Of a stretch of 64,000 nt of DNA, positions 54,333 to 64,000 are shown piece by piece; positions within the stretch are counted from its first letter, which is position 1, and each line of letters starts with the position of its first letter. The position numbers and the translations under genes are program-made. Origin of the DNA: Bugula neritina (lineage: Eukaryota > Animalia > Bryozoa); assembly GCA_964035545.1 (NCBI GenBank), contig OZ037771.1, positions 10,916,480 to 10,980,479 on the forward strand, read 5' to 3'. Below the pieces are notes generated by a model, which saw only the letters and a list, made by a program, of their open reading frames with translations, was not told the origin of the DNA and ran no database searches.

Positions 54333-57300
54333 GTAACAGGTTCTTCTATAAAAGTTCATTGAGTGCGGGAAAACATCATGTTTTTGATAGACGCCACCAC
54401 TTTAGTGTAAATTTAAAAACATTGCTGCTGCTATAAAAAGCAATGATATGATTATTGCACTCATGCACTTTTAGGTTCAGATTATTTAGTGTAGCAAATA
54501 TATTTACAAAGTATGTAGTATACAGTTCATAGAGATTGATTTGCATGGCTGCTAAAAGTTGGCCTGTTGCTTTTTGGATATTTTTGACTTTCATTCGAAG
54601 TAGCACAGAGAACAGTTAGGGTAGAGTAATTAATAAACACATTCATATAGAAGTAAACTGAGATTGTAGAATATGGTTTGGTTGAATGGATGAACTAAGA
54701 TGAAGATTTATAGATATGCATATAATACATGTAACTTGCAAGAGCTCAAAAACCGTCAAAAAATTGCGTGAATTTTTCAAAATCCAAATTCCCCCCCTAA
54801 AATGTCCAAATTCCTCCCTAGGGGGGAATTCTCCCCAGGTTGGGAACCACTGCTCTAGCTTATGGATCCGTTGCTCCACTTCACGAATTGAGTTGACGGC
54901 AGTGTTAGTAGATGAGAAGGAGGGTGATGGGGAGACTCGCCTCTTTTTCTTTTTAGCCGGTTTGTGGTCCCGTGGAGGAGAAAGATGCTTGGAATCAAGA
55001 GTGGTTGTTCCTGAGGTATTAGTATCTAGACAATGCAGCATCACTCAGGGTGACTGGTGTGGCCAAAAAGAGGATGCTGACTTTATGGCCTGACCGCAGC
55101 TGGGGAGCTTCGGCAGTGAACCTTGTGATAGGCTGAGGAGTTGGGAATCCACCAGAAAGGCAAGCCAGCTCAAATTTTTAATTAATGGCCTGATGATATT
55201 GAAAAATTCTGGGAAGGTAGTTTCATCCATGATCCCCAACATAACATTTCATGGTGCGCTGATGGCGCAATACATAATCCTTATTATAGCTATATTTGCC
55301 ACAAGGGCAAAATGTTGTCACGTAATGTTGTGACATGTGCACCTTCAGGCGGCGAAGAGTCATGAAGACTTGCTGGCACAATCTACAGGGTGTGTTATCT
55401 GGGCCTCCCATGGCTACTGCAATCTTGGAGCCAGCTGTCACAGCTATCCAGCACAACTGTTTGTGGAGAGGGGTAGATAGCTTCTTCTCTTGGGGCTTGG
55501 GGAGACCGTCACTGAGAGCAGGAGGGAGTTGCCTCTCTAGCATGGGGGTCGTCATCCTAAACGATCTTGGGTGACGACTGTTGCAGGAGCTTTTTTTATG
55601 GCTTTTAGAAAACTGTTGTGTGATGAAAACTTTTGTGAAAGCTTTCGCGATAGCTATTTACTGGCAGTTTTTGTTCAATGAGTCAGTTTAGCTCAATTCT
55701 CCTCCTGTCAAAGATGCAGGCAACTTAGACTTTAATGTCCAAATAATTGTAAGTATCAAGTATTATACTATTTTTTGTTTTAAATTCATTAACTAAATGT
55801 TTTGTCAGCTGTGTTAATTAATGTTAGGTTAACAAGATGTTTTTATGGTTATAGGTTACGGTTTGAGTTTGAGTTCAAGTTCAAGTTTGAATATGAGTTT
55901 TGTGAGAAATATACTGTTGACAATGGACAAAAAGTAGACTTGTGGCTTGCTTCTGTGTCATCTATTCATTCACCCTTCATTAAGTGAATCACAATACATA
56001 GGCATCTGTGGCAAACAGCACCTGTGCTGACACAACAACTGAGCGCTCGAGGTTATAAAGTTGCCTTTTACCAATGAGTGTGACTGGCAGAATACATAAA
56101 ATTCATTATCAAGCAACAAACATTAAATGTTAATAGCTATTCGATGGAGGTGAGAAAGTTTCTATTGTGTGCGTCTGAAGCAGTATTTCCTCTAATTATC
56201 TTCTGGAAATGAGCCATCAGATAATCAAAACAAGTTAAACTTTATTTTATACTATAATAATGACAACCCAATTAATAAAATGGGTAAAAAAGCAACTTTT
56301 TAAAACGGGGAGCTAACTCTGACTTTGTTTTGTTTTAATGTTTAGGGTTGTGAAAATATTTTGTTGGTCAGAATAAACCAGAAACTGGTGTGACTTATAA
56401 AAACACTATAGAGTATCTACAAGCTAAAAATTACCATTCTAGTTGTTATAGCAAAATTTGGTTGCTTATAGAGAATATCAGGTACATCCAAAAAACACAA
56501 CATCACGCAACATAGGCTCAGACCACCTATCAGTATAGTATGTTGGCTTTGCAGTGATATATAGCAACAAGGGTTAGTTTTCATGTGCTCCACCCGCCCA
56601 TTTTTGCATGTTGGCCCAGGCCACTATATGAACCCATGTCACTACTAAACAGTAAATTACAGACTGTTTACATATAATGTAACATTCACACGCACAGCAA
56701 GTTTTGTTTATACTTTTCAAACAAACAAATTGACAGCAGAAACATTAACATAAAAGTTAGCTATAGTGACATTGCATAATGTAAAAATATGTCGTGCCAA
56801 ATGAAGTAGCTATTATACTGTGTTTGCAGGCAATAAAGTGCAACTACGAAGATCAGTAGGGATATATGTCAAAACGTCAAATTTATACATGAATTTGTTA
56901 ATTTCCTTGCAAGACACTACGTATGGCGTTAGCAGCTGAGGTGAACCAACAGCAAACTATTTCTTGAAACATTTATTTATAAGAAATAATAAACAAGGTT
57001 TATATAAGTTTGGCCAGTTATGGAGCTATTTTAGGCGTAGTTATGCTAAATGCCCATTTGCAGCTGCACTTGCTATGTATAACCCACAGACTTAGTACCT
57101 TGGAATGGTTTGACAGCTTAAACTATAAACATTTTGTAAGATATATATATACATATACCTGTCACAGAGATAGCTTTATTCACAGTTGATTGAGGAAAAG
57201 TTTATTTCTGTTAACAAAAAGAAAACATCATTAAGATAACATCTTAGTTTTTGCATGTTGAGGAAGTTTCATAGGAACCATCCTAATATTATATTTGTTG

Positions 57301-58878
57301 CTTTTAGCAAACCGCCATCATTGACTGTTGTATCAAACAACAAACGGTATTTTCAAAACAGTAGACAAGTAGCTTTTAACTTGCTGTAGCATATAAGACA
57401 CTTAGTACAAAAGTATAATTACCAATGAACACTCAATTCAATTAAATGTTCATTTATGTATCCCATATTGGATCTGCTACCAGGTTTCGCTGAACCAGTC
57501 GACACAAGTTTTCAGAAAATCTAAACATATGACCGCTACAAATCTATTTTAGCAAAAAAGTAGTAAATAACTAATTCTTTAGGCAGTGCTACATCCATTT
57601 GAAAATTTATTCACGTCATATGCAAAACATACGTGTATAGCCTATAGATAGATAATTTTCTCTACATAATGTACATTATAACATGCCACCTAATAGTTAT
57701 ACACACTCGTTGAATATTACATAATTGAATGGTTTTATGTATATCAAATTAGTTAATGTTGATGTTTGTAGACTAGTGATAATATGTTTTCTTTCTCACA
57801 TCTTATAATAAATTTCCTTCAACCTGAGTTTATACTCAACCCTTTATCACAAAGTCTTATCTGATTGGTTTGACTGTATACATACTACTGTATAAAAATA
57901 CATGCATCCTGCTGAGCATTTACTTTGAGCCTACAACTACATCAGTGCAAGATTACAAGGGTAAGTTTGTCTACTGCTGCTAGGTGACTGAAAATTTTGT
58001 GTGATAATAATGCTATACACCAGCAACAATATTTACTATACTGATTTGTTATTTTTTAGTTCTTAACACTTCCTATAACATTTACACCAACTCTTTGCAC
58101 TCTGTATATAAGTCAGATCAAATCATTTCAGCAGATATGTTGACAATATGCAAAGTGATTATATATAGCATTAGCATGTGATTCTAGTTAACTTTTTGTG
58201 TGAAATTTGTGCATTTTTATCAGACATGTAGAATTGCAGATGTAACTATTTAGTTTTGAAATAATATAATATACATGTAACTGTCTGTCATAACACTAAA
58301 TTAAAATAAGTTTAATGGTGATTGCTTTTATTTAACTTCTCTTTGAAACTATTTTTTTAATTTTTAAACTAACACAGTTTGATATATGTAGTATAAACTA
58401 TAATACCACTAAATGAAAGTAGAGTAATTTTCTTGTGTTTTTAATAGTAGTCAATACTTGGCTTTTATTTCAATAAACACAGAAAGTCACTGAGACAAAG
58501 TACTTTATTTAGAAAACAAAAGCAGTATACACGTTCCAGTTAAAATATTTTTAGTATGGCTAATAAAAAGATTTAGTTAATGCATGCATCAGAATAGTAA
58601 AACATAACTGAGATCACCAGTTAGTAATTAAAAAGCAACTCTATGGCTTCATTGACTCTAGAATAGCTGTTATCTTGCCTTAATACAAGCATAGATCTTA
58701 TGTAACTGAGCTACCAAAACGCTCGACTATTTTGCATTTCCCGCTGTCTGTTCAGATCAAGAGATTAAAAGAATAAGCACAATGAATCTGTCAAGCAGCT
58801 AACTTTTTACCGCAAGATACAATGACCATCATAGAAAATAAATTCAACAATGTCTTACCAAATTACACACACAGGCAG

Positions 58879-59127
58879 GGTAGTGTTGAGTTTACCCAGC
58901 AGCTCTTGTAGGTGGGTTCAATTATTTTACAAGCAATTTCGGACTTTAATGAAGTCCCCGTGATGTAATGGTTAGCACACTTGTTTGCCAGCAAGAGGTC
59001 TAGGTGGGGGCACCAAGCTGCAGGTCTGTGGTGCTGAAGTTCGGGATTCAAACCACAAACCTCCGACTTGAAAGCAGGCACGCTAACCAATTACACTACA
59101 GGGGCTGCTGGGTAAGCTCAACTCTAC
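58879..59127. mobile_element. tRNA-derived SINE/MITE-like element with two opposed tRNA-like heads and terminal inverted repeats
   Basis: Minus strand: A box TAGTGTAATTGG and B box GGTTTGAATCCC (59040-59100). Plus strand: tRNA-like 5' half CCCCGTGATGTAATGGTTAGCACAC (58956). Ends GTAGTGTTGAGTTTACCCAGCAGC / GCTGCTGGGTAAGCTCAACTCTAC. Confidence 0.6.
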
Positions 59128-61095
59128 AGACAGATCAATTAAAATTAAAAACTACCTAAATGCTGCAATAATAGCAAGCCGTTTTCAAAATTTGTTGTTT
59201 AATTTTGAGTAGGAGTTTTGTTAAAATCACTATTTTGTGGAAATAAAGAAGCCTAATAGATTTGAAAACTGCAGCAAAAATAGGCTTATACAAATGGCGG
59301 TATATATCTAATAGCTAATTAGTTTGAAAATTAAACTTTGTATAGATAATAATTATGTAATATTCTTGTAAAATAATTGTCTTCAACCTCAGACTTCTAA
59401 ATTGCAAGCCATCAAGCTAACCAACACACAACAAGAGCTATCATAGGGAATCTCGACAGCACAAATTTTCTACTTAAGCAGTGTGTATGTAGCCTACTGT
59501 ATTTTAAAGTAGTATGTAAATGGAAAAATGTGACAAAATATATTTTAGGATAATAAAGATTGATGTTATGGCTATAACCTCTATATATTTTCAATTAGAC
59601 CCTCAAATGTCCATTTGCCAACTATCATTTATAGGAGTGTTGTTAATGCTTAGACTATCACAGAAATACTTGCCTTTAGTATTATAGTTATCACCAATTC
59701 AAGATAATGCTTATCTGTTATTTGCTCTAATTAGGTCATCATCCCATTGAGGAATTGTCCATTCCAGAGGTGTCGAAACTCTTTGCCAACTATCATTGTC
59801 TAAATATGTCTTAGTGTTTTTATCACATAGCTAATCAAGAAAATGCTTGTATCATATTTTAGCTATGCAGTGTGGACATGATGCTTACTTGTAAAAGCTG
59901 GTAGAGGTGTCAAGATGTGCTTGCCACACTAATTATGGAAGGGTTTTAATATAATAGAAAAGCATTAGAAACTATAGGCAGTTTTTTCATGTAGTCAATG
60001 ATTCTACCAGTATCAACATAACACTGTAAGGTTACCTCAGTGTCTTAAATCATAAAACTTTTGCTCTCTCTCATCAACCAAATAAAAGTATTTTATTCAT
60101 TATAAACTGCAGCATAAAATATTTAAAAATATAATTCTGTGTGTAGATGCATGACTAGTGAAATCTAAACAAGCTTGCTGTACAAAGTTTTATAACTTCT
60201 TTTCTGACAAAAAAGTAAATTATAATAGGGTGTTGCAAATATAACATTAAAACATAAGTTAATGCACTAAAAGTTTAAACTGTCATATATAGGTTTAATT
60301 ATAATTCCCTCCCAGAAAAAGCTAAACCAACTAAGAATGTTTTGTATATGTATGCTTCATTTATTACAGGCCAAAGTTTATAAAAATCGCTCTAACAAAA
60401 AAAGAGACACATGTTATTTTCTAATGCTTTTCATATAAATATACTTTAATAAATATCTGCTTTTATGAGTTGGTATGATATATTATGTAATATATCATAT
60501 ATACAATTAACTATTGCTTGATATATTTATTATATTGCCATCATTATAATTATTATGCTTAGTTTCAGTTTGAGCTGCATTTTTATAACAACGAAGCCTA
60601 TAAATCATAAATGACCTTTTTAATGATCATAATCAGGTCATATACTGAAATAATTTATACATACATGTATATGAAATATAATATATGAATCAATAGATGA
60701 TAAAATACTGAGTCAAGAAATGTTAAGGGAGTACTACAGTACCAGCACTCATGTGTTATACGGTTAACTGATAGACTGCATGTGATTATATAGCTGGATA
60801 CATAATATTTAAACACTAATAAACATAACTTGTTTGAACACCTCTGTTAATAATATTAAAAAAAGAGAAAGTAGATAAATGCAGTTTAGGAGTTATTTTC
60901 TCATAAATTTGACAACTCTCACACCTTTATAGATTTCTACCTAACTCACCCCTATTCTAGTCGATAATTCTTATCTCAAACTCCTAACAAGAGAGATTAA
61001 AATCAAAACTAAGAGTAATCACAGTTTTCTGCTATATATGGAGTGATGTAGTATCTATTGTATTTATTCTTTAACAGTGAAGTTAACTACCAAAC

Positions 61096-63385
61096 ATGGC
61101 AAATGTTCAAATCAAGCAGGAAAAGGTGACACAATTTTTGCACCAGATAAAGGTTGAGTTCAAAGAAGATATCAATGTTTTAAAACCAACATTAGAGAGC
61201 TTATCAATGCTAGATGACTGGGTACTTAGGGGACAGGTATAAGCTCACTTGCTATAATTAATATAATTATCCGCATGTTTTTTATGTATATACAACCGAA
61301 TATTAAAGTTTTGGTGATTTTAAAGGCAGTAGGGGTAACGGGGGCACAACGGTCATAGAGGTACAACAAGCCGGCCAAATTGTGAGAGAACTTATGGACT
61401 TAGAGTTGTGATTTTTTTTCATAAAAAGATATTGGCATAATTATTCAGCCTTTGTAGTTTCAACACTTGCGGAACATACGTGTTGAAAAGGCGAGTAAAA
61501 AACTGTTTTTACCTACTTTTTGTAAATTTTTTAGGATGTCGTTAAAGCCTTATAACTTTTTACACTCAAAGGCTAGAAGCCTATATTTTACTAATGTTGT
61601 TGCCATTGCTTGTCTCTACATTGCTTAACTCGTATAACAGCAAACATTGAAATAAATTTTCCTTGAGGCACATTTCTTTTCAATTTGGCCACACGGGGCA
61701 CAATGGGCCACGCTGACCGGGGCACAATGGGCCACCTGATTATTGCACCCTGATCACTGTTACTAGTTTGTTTGCCCAAAAAGTTGGTTGAAATGTTATT
61801 AAAATCTATAAATATAGCCATTTCTGACCTTTTTGTAAAATATCAAAGACATCATGGTAAGATCACAAAACTACAAGTTGAAGCTCCCCTAATATATACA
61901 TCTGGTGAGGTTAAAGCTTAGCTATTTTATACATAATACAAAACACTCTGCTGTTGCTACTAGTAGATAGTCATGATAATCATTATATATCACATCATTG
62001 AGGGAATATACATGTATTTGACTGAAATAAATTGTGATTTGCTCATTTGCTCCCCCCCTCTCCCTTCTGTACTCCAGTCACAAACCTCAGCCATGCATGC
62101 ACCTTAGCTAAAGTACATAAAAAAAGTCCACTCGGAATTTTGTAGTACATGTTACTAAAGTTCTTTTTAATAAACGGTCCTCTGAAGTGAAAATAACAGA
62201 ACATTTTTAGTTCTAAACAATAATGATAATGGCACTGCAGACCCGAGTGACGTGCATTTGATTTTGCCTTCCTCTGCTATCAGTAGTGGCACAAACTGTA
62301 CAGCTAAAACATGAATTTTGCTGTAGATATGAAAGAGTATCTTTATTTTTTGTAATATTAAATAAATAAAGATGAGATGTAACAAAATACGCAAAATTTC
62401 AATATATTTGTTATGTCCCACCCAGTGGCCCATTGTACCCTGGTACCGGGGCACAATGGGCCAATTTTTTCGTCATGAAAATTTCACTATTCTGAAAGTT
62501 GTGAGAGAGATAGAAACAACAAACTGGTACCTGTAATAGACAACAGATGCAACATCAAGACTAAAAATTATTGAACTAGTAACTTGAAAAACAGACGAAT
62601 AAGAGCAACAAATGCAAAATTCTCCCCGTTGTGCCCCCGTTACCCCTATAACCTGGAAAACTACTCCGCTAACAAATTACAAAGTATGTAACTCCATTTC
62701 ATTTCTCATTACTCATTATATACTCACAATGAGTAGAGACACTGAAACTTCTGCTGCAACTATAAATTTGATAGAATAAAACTATTTACATGCATTGTTG
62801 GTTAGTCAATGAAATTTTGTATAGAAATGATTTTCTAATAGAATCAACAGCAGTGTTGGCAGCTACCTTGTTCTATACATAATCCAAACTACAAAGTTTC
62901 AGAAATTCATCGGTCTTTGTTTGTCTCAATAGATTTGTTTGAGTTCTATAAAAGTTATTATCTGACTTTTAGATAAAAGATGATAATAAAAGAGCACAAG
63001 TTTTATATAAAGTTGAGCAGTTTCTCCAAGAAAACCACTTCACAGTGTCCTATAAAGTCTTCAATGACCCAATATTTGGGAGCGTCAAAGTGCATCCTGT
63101 AGCTCAGAAAATAATTGATACTCCACAGTTCCAGCGACTACGCCACATAAAACAGGTCTGGTTCAAAGTATTAAATATTTATATGATTGAAGCAAGCTTG
63201 TCTTAGTTTTTATAACATATCTCACTATTTAGTTGGCATCATTAAACCACGTGTACCCCGGAGCTAATGGCACCAGGTTTGACCATAGTCTGGGAGTTTA
63301 CCACTTAGCTGGGAAACTTGTGAAATCTTTAAGAAAGAATCAACCTGAGCTTGGTCTGACAAAGGTGGATTGCCTTTGCGTTGAG
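61096..63385 (+). CDS. SAMHD1: SAMHD1-like dNTP triphosphohydrolase, copy B, first three exons only
   Basis: Exons 61096-61236, 62973-63155, 63233-63385. Exon 2 and 3 lengths (183, 153 nt) and phases equal those of copy A. Motifs: [37 protein letters not shown]. The remainder presumably lies beyond the window. Confidence 0.9.
61332..62646. mobile_element. Non-autonomous Tc1/mariner-pogo-like element in SAMHD1-B intron 1
   Basis: Perfect TIR GGGGTAACGGGGGCACAACGG and TA TSD (61330-61331, 62647-62648). Internal repeats of GGGGCACAATGGGCCA near 61695, 61719, 62447 and inverted near 62425. Confidence 0.85.
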
Positions 63386-64000
63386 GTAAAAATTTATATT
63401 CAAAATTGCGTACATCTACTTCACCAACTGTCAATGACAATATATCTAAAGAGTTAATATATGTACATACATGAAAATGAAAAAGAGGATTGAGATAAAA
63501 TTTGTATATATATGTGTGAAGTTTGGATAAGCACATAAGAATATGTTTTGCATATATCCGTCACAAGTTTTAAATATTCATTATAAATGCTGAGATGCTT
63601 ATTAATGTGAAGTTTACCTTTGATTGGTTAATTCCTAAAACTGATCTTGATAAGCCTAAATATCTTATAGTTAGTGGAAAGTACATAACTGTTAAACCTT
63701 CAACTTAGTAAGGCCTAGGAAATGGAGATATACACATGTTCTGATGCAGGATCTTTTTAAAAGATAAATATTTAAAGAGAACAATTAGGAAAATTTTTTA
63801 TGAACAAAATTCCTTAATGACCTGAACCTTGTTTGTATTTATTAATGAAAAGTGAATTTATTGTAGTTGAGTTATACAAGTTGTAAGAAAATTATTATAA
63901 TAGCTTTAAATTTCAGCAATTTAGTATATATTAAATTTTTATGGACATATACTAACTAATTTGCTTAACATTTAAGATAATTGCATTATTAGCCATGGTT

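Larger units (their letters stand above)
53102..54852 (-). mobile_element. hAT (Charlie/Buster-type) deletion derivative
   Basis: TIRs CAGTGGTTCCCAA/TTGGGAACCACTG. Perfect 8-bp TSD CTCTAGCT (53094-53101, 54853-54860). Minus-strand remnant RVLVPSSTTYPCEVGFS of the hAT dimerisation domain. Confidence 0.9.
52989..55555 (-). pseudogene. Decayed C2H2 zinc-finger / basic cluster / coiled-coil ORF, split by a hAT insertion
   Basis: CRLCQQVFMTLRRLKVHMSQH and CPCGKYSYNKDYVLRHQRTMKC, then a frameshift and stops, then KPAKKKKRR. The frame IREVEQRIHKLE resumes across the hAT TSD as AKLSQLTSQVLAATT*LS*LKDSLSRLKRKARKS*. Confidence 0.6.
50887..56626. mobile_element. Old ~5.7-kb non-autonomous DNA transposon with long diverged TIRs (Academ-like TAG...CTA termini)
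   Basis: 50887-51690 is an imperfect reverse complement of 56050-56626 (for example GCCAACATGCAAAAATGGGCGGGTGGAGCACAT). The left arm carries ~210 extra bp. TSD imperfect, so the superfamily is tentative. Confidence 0.65.

Noticed and set aside
52254-55736. Kolobok-like element bounded by TTAA
   Set aside because: The putative TIRs match too weakly to support it
59035-59105. Functional tRNA gene
   Set aside because: The B box is imperfect, I could not build a convincing acceptor stem, and it is embedded in a repeat-like structure
59620-59945. Degenerate ~140-150-bp direct repeats (GCCAACTATCATT)
   Set aside because: Only short patches match, with no defined boundaries or function

Overview
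This is AT-rich eukaryotic (invertebrate-like metazoan) genomic DNA, so most ORF-track entries are exon fragments or noise. Manual splicing gives six host genes on strictly alternating strands: ABHD16A (-, 15 exons), PHPT1/janus-ocnus (+), SAMHD1-like copy A (-, 11 exons, complete), SCOC (+), SUMO (-) and SAMHD1-like copy B (+, runs off the window end). The repeats include an intact single-ORF Ty3/Gypsy (Mag-like) retrotransposon with identical 203-bp LTRs that end in AA rather than CA, inserted in register into a ~240-copy 29-bp satellite. There is also an ISL2EU-like element with ~890-bp TIRs, a nested stack (Academ-like long-TIR element > decayed C2H2/coiled-coil ORF > hAT > Mutator-type MITEs), several other MITEs, an inverted twin tRNA-like element and many intronic minisatellites. 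I cannot demonstrate a new biological system from sequence alone. The best candidates are the duplicated SAMHD1 genes with fast-diverging SAM-like N-termini, the LTR element with a non-canonical end inside satellite DNA, the zinc-finger cargo element and the twin tRNA-like palindrome.
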